Assembly: GCA_036172245.1 (NCBI GenBank)
Contig: JAYWIR010000038.1
Coordinates: 992,001 to 1,056,000 of the forward strand
DNA from: Raillietiella orientalis
Taxonomy: Eukaryota
Direction: 5' to 3'
DNA length: 64,000 bases
The position numbers and the translations under genes are program-made. Below the pieces are notes generated by a model that saw only the letters and a program-made list of their open reading frames with translations, made no database searches and was not told the origin of the DNA. Positions 48,001 through 60,568 of the stretch are shown here, piece after piece; positions within the stretch are counted from its first letter, which is position 1, and each line of letters opens with the position of its first letter.

Positions 48001-51000
48001 ACCCTCCTATCCTCCTCCACCTTCTCCTTCCCTTCCTCTTCTTCCTCCTCCTCCTCCTATTCCTCTTTCTCCGCTTCCTCCTTTCCTCCTCTTCCTCACT
48101 TCTCCCTCCTCTCTTCTTCCTTCTTACCCTCTTCTTGGCGATCGATCGACTGCCATTCGGCTCGAGAGAAGCAGCTACTGCTACTGCTATGGTGAATCTC
48201 CAGACGGATCCCGAAGTCTCTCCTAATTGCCCTCCAAAGGCCCTGAGAGTTGACTCGCTTCCTCAATGGCGACAAGCGGGTTGGGTTCGCCATGCTTGAC
48301 CTTGCGTGGGATCGCAGCAGCCGCTCTCGGAAGGAGGAGGGGGAGGACGGCTGGTCTTTTCTCGTGCGCCCGCAAGGTCGCCGCGAAGCCTCCGAGCCCC
48401 AGTGCAAAATGTCATCCAAAATATCCCTCCCAGGAGCTGGTGTTCGAGGACATTAAGAGGGTGGAGTCCGAGAGAGGTCAGCAGCAGCCAAGTCCGAAGT
48501 CATGTGGGAAGGTGCATTTCGTCATCGAGGTGGCGAAGGATGGAGAGCCGCAGAAGCTGGCCGTTCGGCTCATCGTAAGATCACTCCGGCCTACATCTCC
48601 TGGTTCGTGTCGAGCGCTCGCTGGGGAGTACCGACGCTCTACCCCAACGGCCGAGGTCGGGCTCCTCATCACGCTGGGGATCGGTTCGCATCCGTTATAC
48701 GGTCGCCCTGCGGGCGTCGCTTGAGCCCCTGAGAATTTCGGGACTCCCGAGCTCGCTCCAGTCGCAAACAAAGGTGTGGCCCTTCGGCAATCTCTTCATC
48801 GGTGAAGAGAAGATGGGGTACCCCAGGCAGGCTCTATGCTCTAGGGAACCAAGGCTCAATTCACCGTCAGTTCATTCGCTCGCGTGGACCGCACCCCTGG
48901 GGTAGGGGGTGGGACTGCGCAGGAGAATCTGCCCGCAAGCCCCCGGACAAGGTCGTGGTGATCCATCGCCTCTCCGGGACCCCAAAGGACCCCTACATTC
49001 ACGCTCCGATGACGTAAGCTGAGGGTCCGGCAACGGACCACGACGCCGGTGCGTGGACGCACCAGAGATCAATCTTCCCGTTCTTTTCCCGCGCTCGCTC
49101 CTGGTTTCTCCCGCCCTACGGTCAGACGGGTGTGCAGGAAAATGTGGTTCCATCCTGTTAATGAGGCGGAAGATTCCTCGCTGCTTCCTCGTTATCTCAA
49201 CACGTGGTGAATAATTCATCAGGGTCCTATGCAACTCCCCCTGAACCTTCTCGACTCCCGACGGGAGAGTCTTGAGGCCAGATCCGTTCCGATGGATCTC
49301 CGAGCGGACGCGGAGGTTCCACGCCTGCCGAGCAAACCGATAGCCGCAGAAAGGACTCCGCCGCGCTCGGCCTTCCGAAGAGAAAACCCGTCCCCTCCCG
49401 AAAAACAATTTTTCTTCTCGTCCGGGAGCGACGCGCCTCCAGCCCAGCCCCTTGCCGCCCTGCTTCCCTGCCTCCCTGCTCGTGGAACTCTTCCTGAAGG
49501 CGGGGACCAGGTTTGCGGGTAACCTCAGGAGTCCCTGGCTGCGGTGCCCTCATCCGCTCCCGGCCTGGTTCTTACCACCTGCACTCCCTGAACGGTCCTC
49601 TCGTGTCGGGTGGTTCGACGAGGACTCTCCTCGCAGAGCAGGTTCGGCTGGTAAGGGAAGAAACTCCGGCGTAAAAAATCGCATACTCCTCCCCTCTTCC
49701 TCTTCCATTCCTTCCTTTCATCCTCTCCCTCTACCTCTACCTCCTTTCCCTCTCTTCTTCCTTTTTCCCCTCCCTCCCTTCTCTACCTCTTCCTACCACT
49801 CTTCCCGTTCTTCTTCTGCTTTTCCCGCGCTCGCACCTGGTTTCTCCCACCCCATGGTCGGACGGACATGCACGAAAATGCGAGACCTCTTGCGCATCGG
49901 AGGGGAGCGCAACGGGAAAAAGCTAAAGGAGAGAAAATGGAGAGATCCTGGGTCACCTCGCATCTTCACTGGCCGCCCGTCAAGCACTCCTGTTTCCATC
50001 CTTTCTGTTCCACCGTGCGCTTCGCATTCCGACGGAGCCCACGCCGCCGCCGTCGCGACCTATTTGATTCCAATGAATGGCCTGATACAAGTCGCTACTA
50101 CGAGTAGGGAACAAGGGACTCCTGTCGAGGGTAGGGGACAAAAAAAGAAAAGAAACAGCGAAATACCGACCGCCCGTCTCAGCGTGCCCGCGCCAGCGCA
50201 AGGTGGCCGTTCCGCATGGCGCTCCTCGCCTCGGTGAAGACACGCGCTTGGTCCCGGAGGAAAGCGCACGAGATGCAGCCTGCTCGCTGGCCACGGAATT
50301 TGCGAGAGCAGGTTTGCTCGTCCTTACGACCTCGAGAGCGGAGTCGCGGGGGACGTCCGACCATCCAGCGCTGAGCAACCGCCAGCCAAGCGCGCCCTCT
50401 CGGAAGTTCCGATCGATAACGGCCGTCTCCACCGCCACCGCAGCGAAGAGGGGCGCGTTCCCGGCGGGGGGAGCAAGGAGGAAAGGACGCGCCGCTCTGC
50501 GTGCGCCTCGCGCCGACGCCTACTCCGCGGACCGTCCTTCAAGAAGAGCTTGGGATCAGCCGGATGCGCAGTTTCGCTCGGTTCCTGCCAAGGGTCGCGG
50601 GGCCGCGGTCGCGAATATGGAAATGCGCAAGGAAGCTGGGGACAGAATCCCGCGAGAGGCGGTTGCAGGAAACCGTCCGCATCGGTCAGGAGCAGAAGAC
50701 GCGCGGCCGCATATGCATCAGGTGGTGCACCCTGTACACTATTCGAGGCTTCCCGATGAAAGCTGCGCACCTGTCGCGCTTCCAGGATTGTACCTGGAAC
50801 GACCCCATTTCTAGGGAGAGGCTAAAGGGAAGAATTTCTTTCCTTCCTTAGGTTTTAAGTCAATCGTCTGCGTGGGCGGGCTACTTAGCATTCAGGAAGA
50901 TGGATTACCCTGTGTGGGATAGAAGGGAAGAGAAGGAAGCAATGTGGCTGCAGTCTCCTGGCGACTGAGTTTAAATCTGTTTGCAGTCTGGATTTCAGTA

Positions 51001-54000
51001 ATTCACCTGCAGTTCAGGCCTAGGAGTCGGTAGGAGTCTCCTGGAGGTCGCAGTCAGGAGTGGCCACAGGTTGCGCGCTCGTTCCAGAAATGTACGTCTG
51101 GTGTCGCCGTCCGTTTGACAAGTGCGGCGAAGGCTGGTATTTTGCGCCAACTTTTTGAGCCTCGAGGCAAAGACAACGCCTCCAGTTTCTGCACTCCACT
51201 TCCTCCCACGCTCGGATCCCATTCTTCCACATTCTCCACGACGGCCTTCAAGTTCTACTTGAAACTTACAACGGTCCTCTCGACTCCGGATGCGGAATCC
51301 TCGGACGAGATTAAAGTTGACTCTTCGGGCCCTTCCAGGAGCCAAAGAGACGGCTCCCTTAGGGTTTCCTTACAGTTGTGAAGAGGGAGCCGTACCATCG
51401 CGTAAGATGGAGCTGGTGAGCTGATTCCTCTCCAGAGTGTCAAGAAGCGCGCTTCCACTTTCGGGGGGCGCCTTTGAGAGAAATTGGGCAGCGTCCCTTC
51501 GGGGTTCAATTCGGAGACAACCAGAACGAGGGTTTCTTTCGAGATTCCCCCCAAAGCGCGAGAGGAACGGACTTCTTCCTCCGGAGCCAATCCTGGATTC
51601 ATGAGGTGGTCCCTCTAGAGTCACCTCCTATCTTGAAAAGTCACGCACACCCTCGTGTGGAGTGGACGGTATCCAGGAGCTTTGTGAGTTCCCCAGTGAA
51701 CGGCTCTTGGGTACTTGGCGAACCAACAAAAAGAGAATTCCCCGAATGCGTTCCGGCAGACGTATTGAGGCTGCAGCTGGCAAGGGGATGGTTTCCCCGC
51801 GACTCTTCTCCTCTTCGAGAGGCATTGGTAGTGCAGCGGAAAGAGTCGCTTGTGTGTGGAGGACCCAGGAGCCGGGAAAAATACGCCTCTCGTCCACAGG
51901 CAGTGATATCTGCAAGAAGCGACCTTCATCCCTGCGAACAGCTTCCTTTCTTCTCGGAGCTCCCAGAAACGTCTTGACATTTGGACTCTACCGAGCCGCC
52001 TGACACGAAGATGGCACGCGGGGTGCAGGAGCTCGCGTTTTGCCTGGCATCCGAACTCGAACGGCTTCAGCTGACGTCACTCCAAGCCACGATTCGTGTC
52101 GAGATTCGCAGCTTGCGTTACGGCAGACTTCACCACATCCGTGGTCGAGAAGTAGGCATGCAGATATGTGTGTGTGTGTTTTTTTTTGCTGTGTGACACA
52201 GCGGCAGAATGATGAAATTTCCGAACAGTTCAGGCTCTGAACGCTACCAGACCACCGTTTCCAGCAACTGTAGACAGAATCCGCGTGCAGTTACACCCGC
52301 ACGCCTTTCGTGAGGCAGGTTACGCGTTAGTAGGGCCGTGGTGGTCCTCCTCGACGCGTTGAAGTCCTCCCAAACATTCGCTTCTTTTCCCACTCCTCTC
52401 ATGGGACTCTGCGACCGAGCAGCAATTCGCGGCATCCGTTGTCCCGCCAAGAGCGCCAAAGAGAAGGAGACTCCCGCTTCCCGATTCCAGAGTCGGTCGG
52501 ACCGCGCCCGAAATTCCTCCCGATGCGGCTCGGTAGTCTTGTTCGTCCGGAAGATCCGAGCAGCTGCATTGCGAGGCGTTCTTCAGCAAACTCCTCCGCG
52601 CCTAGCAACGAGCTCGCAGGCCGCGATCCTCAAAGCAGATCCGTTCGCCGCTCCGCAGCCGTTCCGGAGTGGATCCCAACCCTCGCCTGTTTCCAGCTTC
52701 ACTCTTTGCACTCTTTGTGAAATGAAATGCCTCTCCTCCTCGCCGCGGTTCTTCGTAGCGTCCACGGCAACTCCATAACGCACGACCGGTCTTCCCCGTT
52801 TCCCTGTAAAGGGAGAGCATTCGACCCCTCGTGAGGGAGCACCGCCTAAGCTGCGTGGTGCTCGCACGCGCCTCGGAACTTGCGTCCTCTCCTGCTGCGG
52901 ATCCCTCCGCATCACCGGAAGTGATTGGCGATGGGTGCTCACTCTGAGATTTTGCGTGAGCTGCCGCCTGTCCATCGACGTGCGTCGCATCCGGGTAGTT
53001 TGCTCCAATTTCCTAAAAGTCCCGTGAGTCCCAGGTGGAAGGAAAGAAATTTCTCTGATCTTGTGTTGCGTTCGGTTCCCTGCTTTCTTCTGAAAGACAA
53101 TTTATTGTTCATTGGACCTGAATGATTAGCGATTGTTTGGTCCTGTCCGAAAGATGCGCTGAGACATTTGGTCCGCGGACAAATGATCCTTGGTCCTGTC
53201 TGAAACGCCCATTCTTGGAAGGCATGCTTGGGTGATGACAGAAAAATATCTTCTTCGGGTTTAAGGAGCGCGTGGTTTAAGACAACCCTCGTAAGTGCAC
53301 ATCCATGTTGTTTGGACTTTCTTCCATCTGTGCCCCTGGAGGATGTAAATGAAACTCCTGAGCATACTGGGGAGAACGCAGAAGAAAATTTGGACGAACT
53401 GACAATCTATGCTGGAAGAGTGCGTGATCCCGGAATTGCGTGGGAGAGACAGAAGACGAGTAGTTCCAGGATTCCCACCAGAAATTTGGGATGTCTGTGC
53501 ACCGGTACTGAACGGCACCCTCACAGCGCGGTGACGTGGCAAATTTCAAAGGCTGGTGGGGCCTTCCATCCGGGGGGTTTACCGAAGTGCTGAAAGGCGA
53601 GCAGAGAAGCGACGAAAACGAGTCATCACCCAGGTCCTTGGCAGCCTCGCTCAAACCGGCTGCCGGCTTCACGACGATGTCGACAAAAGCAAACACATGT
53701 GTTAACATTACTAACCGAGACTGTTAAGAGGTAAACAGCCAATAATCAGGTCGAATACATGCAATCGCTCGTCGACTTGAAAGCAATCCCGCTCAACTTG
53801 ACGACGAGGAAGAGCAACCAGGACAAATCCTGAAATTCATTATGAATTACAATAAAAAATGGCATTGACGAAATTTTTCTGGAGTTGGCTATTTGTGTCA
53901 TTTATATACCATGGAACAGATGTGCTCATGAACCTCTTGGGACGGACCAGATCCCCTGCGAGGGAGAGCTTAATTAGCAGATGATTGGAGATGGCCCAGA

Positions 54001-57000
54001 AACACGCCTCAGAAGGGAACGAGAAAAGCTCCTTGAGGGGTTGGTAACTTGAACGCGTGTGTTGCTTTGACGGAAGGACCAGTAAGAACGAACACTTCCT
54101 GGTTGACTTTCTTCCCCCCCCCCCCCCCCCTCAAACGAATCCACTGAGGACTGTGGAATGGACTGATAATATGAGTGGGATATTTGTCGTCTTTGCCATC
54201 CAACTCCAGTTCAGTGTAGCTCAACGAAATAAGTAGGCGCACTTCAGGTCCATTTCGCTTATCCTAGCGGGTGTTTCTTCCCATCCTTACGGGAACCTGG
54301 TTCCCAGCAGGCGGTTTCAATTGCAAACCGAGTACACTGTTTCAACAGTACGTTATCTGATGGCGAGAATCGTATGCAGCGAAAGAGTACGGAGGAGGAA
54401 CTGCGAGACTACGAGAGGGCTGGAAAAACGCGTTTAGAAGAAGAGTTCTTGTACGACGTGGTGCACGACAACTTTTTCGCAAGAACTTGTTTGTTTCAAG
54501 AAAGAATGATTTATAATTTCGTGCTCCAGACAAACAGAGTGAGGGGAGATGAACACTTGCGCACGAAGCAGCAGAGACAAGAATTTTTCCACTGCGTCTC
54601 ACTGCAAGTTCTCCATTGCGTCCGCTGTTTGTGATCGATGTTTATGGCAACAGTTAGTGTTGCCAATGCTCTCTGAGGGCTGCAGTCGTAGAAGTGAAGG
54701 AATTTAAGTATGTATGGCGAAAACGGAGGGGGAGGGGAGGAAATAAAGATAGATATTATATTCCGATCGGCGTTTCCAGGGCAACAAGCACTTGGAGGAA
54801 CGGATCCATAGCAGCCGCAGACGCAACCCGATTTTAGAGCTGCATAAGGCATTTGGAGTTTGGAATACCCTCACGAGACGAATTTCTTCCAGACTTCCTA
54901 TGTGAACGCCCGCGTAAGGATGGGTCCTTCGATTCGCACGTTTCGCACGCCAACGAGAACTTTTTCTCTTCCGCGGACTTTTTCTCGTGCACCGAAAAGA
55001 AAGTTCATGGGAATGGCGCAGCGGCCATAGCATTAGACGCCACAGTCAGCGCCATTTCGGATGCTGCGGTCCCGTGCAGCTCAACTGCGTTCCCGCAAGG
55101 GGGGAGGGGGGAGGAAGGAAGAAAAAGCAGCAGCGTTTATCTTCTCATTTTTTGTTTGCCGTGCTGACATCGGCTTGTTGAACGCGCGACCTCTGTTCGT
55201 GAGGTCTTCACCGGCAGGCATGCCATGCACCGCTCGAATTCCGTCCCTCCTTCCATTTCGATCGCTCATTTCGTGTACGACTTTTCAGTTAGCAAAACTT
55301 TCCACAGAAAGATTTCCAAGAATATTCTTCCGCTCATTTCTTAATGCTGCAGGGGTTTTCTTTCCTTTTCTTTTTTTTTTCCATGTTGGGCTGTGCTTTC
55401 GTTTCGAGAGTCTACTAAAACGCATCCTCCTTTTCCTATTCGAATTCCCGTTTTCTCATCCCTATTTCATCCACATCCTCCCATCCGGATTCTTAATTCC
55501 CAAATGGATTCTTCAGTCCGAACCAAATAGACAGAATTCGTCGAGACTGCATCTGGTCTGTCAGAAAGATGACTATGGGATGACGATTAGAGTTGACGGC
55601 TGTTCCTTGGAAACCTTTAGTAAAAAGTGTACTTCCGGAAGAATCGATGGCCGTTACCATCTGACTACAAACTCTTGAAAGCGAGTTCACTACTTTCAGA
55701 TTTCAGTTTCCTTCCTTTCTTCTCTCTTTTTTTTTTCCCGCTCAACTGCCTCCTTACAAAACTAATTTTCCAGATTGAACTTGTCCTTCCTCCTTGAATT
55801 CGTGCTTTAGCGGACTCGAAGTGGTACTCTTCCCGGAGATTTGCTTACCAAAACTTCACGTGCCTTAATCCCCCCCCCCCTCTTCCTTTAAAAAATGCAT
55901 TGGTCTGTTATCATTATTTTCACGTGATGAAACATCAATGCAGCTTTGAAAAAGTGTTTTGCTGGAAGATTACATGTTTCGCTGCCATGATAATTATCTG
56001 ATTCTGCATCTTTACAGAAAGCCTGTGATCTCCCATTCAAAACCTACGTGAGGAGCTGCAACCCATATTTCAAAATAACGATTGTAAGAGAAAGAAGATC
56101 TTTCCGGATACACAGGCACGTCGCGGCTGAATTTCACACCAAAGTTCAGCATCACACTGTGAATCCCGTGTACGATCAGCTGTTCACTTTGGACGCGACG
56201 GCGTTAAATATCAGCGTAAGAACTCTTTTCATTCCATTTATCAGGGAGATTTCCGTTCAGCACCAGAGAGATGCAAATGATTTCCCGAAAGAACTTCCGC
56301 GTTCAGTGCGCTTCTGAAATCACTTAGGCAACCGTCCCCCGTCCAGCTAAGATTCATGGACCATCTCGGTTTGAACCGTTCGATGCTGCTGCCTGTGCCC
56401 GTGGGGCGTTCCTAAAGTTTTGCACTCGCGCTCGTGCAGGAGGGAATGCCTCCGCTTTCTGTAGTGGTTGAGGCTCGCGTCCACGGTGCATCGGGAAATC
56501 ACAATATCGCAAAGAGACATTAATAAACGATGCATTTCAAATGAATGAGATGAGCAGAGATAAGCTACTGAGGAGGCAATCCGAAAACTAACCTGCCGGA
56601 GTGAATGGGTTCTGTTTCTTCCAAAGCGGGTTCAAGAAGCACGGAGGACCATTAAGATCTGAGCTTGCTGCATACATTAATCACGTATGCATCAAGCGTA
56701 TGTGATCAGTTTTCTATTCATCTTTTGACATCTTTTTTGTTTCTCTATTTTTAATGGCTGCTTTTGAGATCAGGGAAGCAGCCTGTGAATAATTTTTAGC
56801 TAGAGATACCGAGCATGATGCCGAAGCGGGGGAGGGGGGTCGGCTGAGCCGATTCTTCGAGAAAAGACTTCGGAGTTCCATGTATATATCAAGGACTCAC
56901 ACACGAATACATGGTATCGAATGCTTCAGGCACTTTAACAGAGCGGGTAGCAATGCGTTGTGAAAGATGCATGCACTCTATAAGGATGACCATAGGGCTT

Positions 57001-60000
57001 CAGCTAACAAAATGTAAATCACCTACAAGCAAATCAAATTAGACAATCTATGTAAATCCATTAGGCAGCTTATATCAGTGTCGAGTTTTTGAATAAATAA
57101 ATGGATATATTCGAATATGTGCACGGTGAATAAGATTGCAATCTCAAGCCCAAGTTCAGGCAGACCATGAATTTTCTATGGGTAGCATCATGCAGGCTAC
57201 AGTATTTCTCCCAGCTGTCAATCTGTCTTCGAGTAAAGCAACGGGTCCAGAGATAACAGGAATTTTATGAGCTGGCTTCGTGAGGCGCCAAGAAGAAAGG
57301 ATCAGGTAGAGTCGTTCGGGCTCAAGCAACGATTTTCCTGGTCTGGACTGTGCCTGAGATAGGAAAGCTCCTGCACTACGGAACCTGCTTTCACTGATAT
57401 GTCACCAAGGGCTCCTCTTTAACAAGTCTGTTAAAAAGGTTCAGTACAGGGACAGTAATGTAAGGACAGTCGTCCCAAACCATAATAATGTTGTATGAGA
57501 ATGGATGTTGTGGCCATAAGACCGACGAAGACACTCGCCATGCCATGGAGCAGGTTATGCTGATTACACGTGTATGTAGAAAATTTGAAAATCCAAAACA
57601 GCAGTCGCCATAATTTCACAGAACTTTTATGATACTTCATCTACTATTAAGATGTACATATCACTCAAGATATAATAGCAAACCACATTGGAGCTATAAG
57701 CTCTTCCTCCTTATATAAGAGTCGTGTTGTGTTTCACCAGTTGACTGAAGATAAGAAACTTTGGGGGTCCATCGGATTAATCCCGGTAATGACTAAAATG
57801 ACCAAAATATTCGTTTTCTGGGTCTGTGGGTTTCTTTAGAGTAAAGCAAAACCGGAACGAAGTTTCTTAAAGGCTGCAAAACGGAAGGATCTTCACAGCG
57901 CTGAAAAAATACGAAGAATAAATGGGTTTTCGGATCGCCTTGCACGCACCGTCCTCGAAGACAGTGAAATTCTTGATGCAAAAGTGCTGCTTTGGGACAC
58001 ATCATCTTTTTCTTCCTGAGTAGAAGGCGGAAAATCTTCTTTTATGAGCTTCCGAAGCCTCTTCCTTTTTTTTTTTTCGAGCTGATTTTATTTTCTTTAT
58101 CAGATTCAAAGAAAGGTCTTTTCCATAAGGAAGACTTTGAGTAAATTCGCTAAATTTCGAAGCAGGGAAACGAGATTCATGGAAACAAAATGAGACGAAT
58201 CAGGTGATTGAGCGTTTGCATTCCAAGCAGTGGAACTTGTTTGTAAACCTTTTTATGTAAAGAACTTGTCCGTGCGCGACCAAACGAACCTCGTGCTACA
58301 TGTGCTCGCACTTATTTGTTCTTTCTGAATACCAAACTCCCGGAACGAAAACAAAATCATAGGCGAGGTACATGCAAAAATTACAGTGGATCTGTGTGTG
58401 TAAATCCAGCACTTCGTGCGAAAGACGCCTTCAAGGTCGTGGTACTTGTTGCATGGGCGTGACTCGCCAGACCGCGCCGTACAGCCCAGGTGCGATCATG
58501 TCTGCTCCGCTTTCCAACTGTATAGCAGCCGAACAGTGCGCTGCAACTTATGATCAGAAGAGGCCATATCCTCTAAGATTCCCAAAAGAATGCGAGCAGC
58601 ATCGGAAAAACGTCGAAGAAAGGCCTATTGATGGATGGAGACGTTGGGAAGGAAGCTTGACAGCCACTCGCTCTGTTTAGCAATGTTAAACAGTACTGAC
58701 GATGCTCTCCAAGGAAATACATCGTTGGTGTTTCTCCCGCTGCCGAAAGTTAGGCATTCAGCTTCCATAACTCATTTGCTCTCTGGAAAAAATGCAAAGA
58801 CTTCTGTTTGCAGTCACAAGGGTGCTGTCTTGGAACGGTGTTGAACTTTTGTAAATCGTTTCAGCGTTATGAAATAGAAAGAAGAAGAAAAAAAAAACGA
58901 TAGCTGGTTCTTCGGTTTATGATCTTTTCGCTTATTGTGTACCATCATTTGTAGGCGACAGCAAGTGTTCCTCAACGAAAACAGATTTGGTGCCATTATT
59001 CCTTCTTTGACTTGGCAACACTTACATGAGAGAACCGGGCCTTCATATATGCTCCTCGCAAAGCAACATCGTTCTTGTAGAAGTGACGCATGTGCCCACA
59101 CACGTAAAATTTGCAAGTGCTCGGGACCACCACCAATTCACGCAAACAGCTACGGAAAATTTGTTACCCAGAACGTTGGAGAATAATTGCAAAGTGCTAA
59201 TACCACCTGATGCTCAAGATGTTCTCTTCAGCAATGCCCTTTACCTTTTCCCTGGGAAAGTTAAGACCATGACAGGCGAAATACTTTATTCAAGACGGCG
59301 TCAACGTCATAAAAATCCCCAATAAACTAAAAATCTTCAAATCAAGTGAAAATCCATTACGCACAAGTTTCCATGCAACCGATGGACACAAATTTTTTCG
59401 GCCATCCCTTCACATTTGCTACATCAGAAAGTACACACCATGCACTACTTGGGATGAAAGAGCGAAATAGCACAAGCCGAATCGAATGAACGTCAAACAA
59501 ATGCACAACAAATCACGGAAGGATCGGAGTCTTATCAGGAAAATACGACCGCCATAAAGTGATAAACTGAGAGGTCGGCTCGATATATTCAAAATATGCG
59601 CTAGCTAGAAATGCAAACTTGCCAGGCAAGATAGGACCGTGGACTTCACCTATACGGTCGCAGTATACGCAAAAGGTACGTACAAATGCAGTAAGGGAGA
59701 ACAGACGTAGTTATCAACTGCAATCTTGCTTCCTTTCTTTTCACAATAACTGAAACTAAACATGTGCACGAACCATTATTGATTTATTTGTTCATCAATC
59801 TTTATTTGGAAGGAATACTCCCTTGTGATGACTTTGTACGACAAGGACAGATTTGCCAATCCTACTCTTTTAGCTAAGCTTACTTGCTCTCTAAAAGACC
59901 TCTGCCAAGCTAAAAAGGAATGCTTGATTCTTAAAGAACCTCTCTACTTGGCTTGTGAGGTAACTGCTATCTTCAACTAAACACTTCTACTGCCTGTTTT

Positions 60001-60539
60001 AGAGTTATGGTGAAGTGTTTTGTGGACTAAGGTATTTGCCCACAGCTCGGAGACTGTCAATAGGATTCTTTAAAGCTAGCAAGTTACAACTGGCTAAAGC
60101 AACTGATAAACCAGACAAATGCGGTAAGAGAAAAAAAAGCATACTGTTTGAATTATAACTTGTGCCAGAACTGTATATTGCAGGGCTTCTTCTCGACAAC
60201 AAGGGGCATCTACTGAAAAAAAACAGAACTTCAAACTCCAAAGGATCCTGTAACCCAGTAATCAATGAAACAATCACTTTTCATGTTGAGGAAAAACAAC
60301 TAAACCAAATAGTCATCCTATTAGTGGTGTTCATCCAGAAAGAGAATGAAAATCCTAGCACTGATGAGGAAAATGTGTCCCTACAATCTGGGAATAGTGA
60401 ACCCATTCAATACACATGCCAAGCTATTGGAAAGACAGCATTAGGTTACCATGTCAACCCAGAGTCTGCAGTCAGACACTGGCATCTAATGACTAGCAAT
60501 CCACGACATATAGTCACTCAGTGGCATGCCCTCTATTGA
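45047..60539 (+). CDS. Synaptotagmin-like protein (N-terminal TM, C2A, C2B), multi-exon; start exon and some internal exons unresolved
   Basis: Phase-compatible exons 45047-45180 (TM VLVLMVAVVVLALSVALVMCF) and 46548-46717 (linker). Then 56018-56215 (KACDLP..CNPYFK..HTKVQHHTVNPVYDQLF), 59813-59959 (LYDKDRF), 60003-60123 (GEVFCGLRYLPTARRL) and 60169-60539 (KKNRT..CNPVINETITFHV..HWHLMTSNPRHIVTQWHAL*). Linking the 45-47 kb exons to the C2 exons is inferred. Confidence 0.75.
49068..49885 (+). repeat. Imperfect ~80-bp direct repeat pair (49070-49148 and 49801-49883)
   Basis: Shared cttttcccgcgctcgc(t/a)cctggtttctccc.ccc...ggtc.gacgg...tgca.gaaaatg. Confidence 0.8.
51250..51700. repeat. Dispersed repeat family B copy
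   Basis: ctctccagagtgtc.agaag.gcgc and ttgaaaagtca.gcaca.accctcg are shared with 34140-34450. Confidence 0.7.
53300..53870 (+). mobile_element. Decayed MULE (Mutator-like) transposase C-terminal fragment
   Basis: Across frameshifts: FLPSVPLEDV..LDELTIY, FPPEIWDV..VLNG, GKFQRLVGPSI, FTEVLKGEQ. These resemble the animal MULE pattern LAFVP..DV / PPELWN / FN.LVG..PSI..FIE.LK.EQ. Confidence 0.6.
56018..60539 (+). CDS. Tandem C2A/C2B-coding exons of the synaptotagmin-like gene
   Basis: Four GT-AG-bounded exons splice in frame. The C-terminal W-H-x-L motif is typical of synaptotagmins. Confidence 0.9.
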
Positions 60540-60568
60540 CTCCAATAAATCAGTATTCCAAATAAATA

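Noticed and set aside
34400..50900. Numerous long overlapping Arg/Pro/Gly/Ser-rich ORFs (e.g. 36127-37047, 40750-41724, 44106-45581)
   Set aside because: These are expected from stop-codon scarcity in GC-rich DNA. They show no motifs apart from the exon and LINE segments annotated.
54780..55860. Additional synaptotagmin exons (54781-~54900, 55517-~55620, 55811-55859)
   Set aside because: Plausible acceptors and open frames exist, but no unique phase-consistent chain could be built. Left unresolved.
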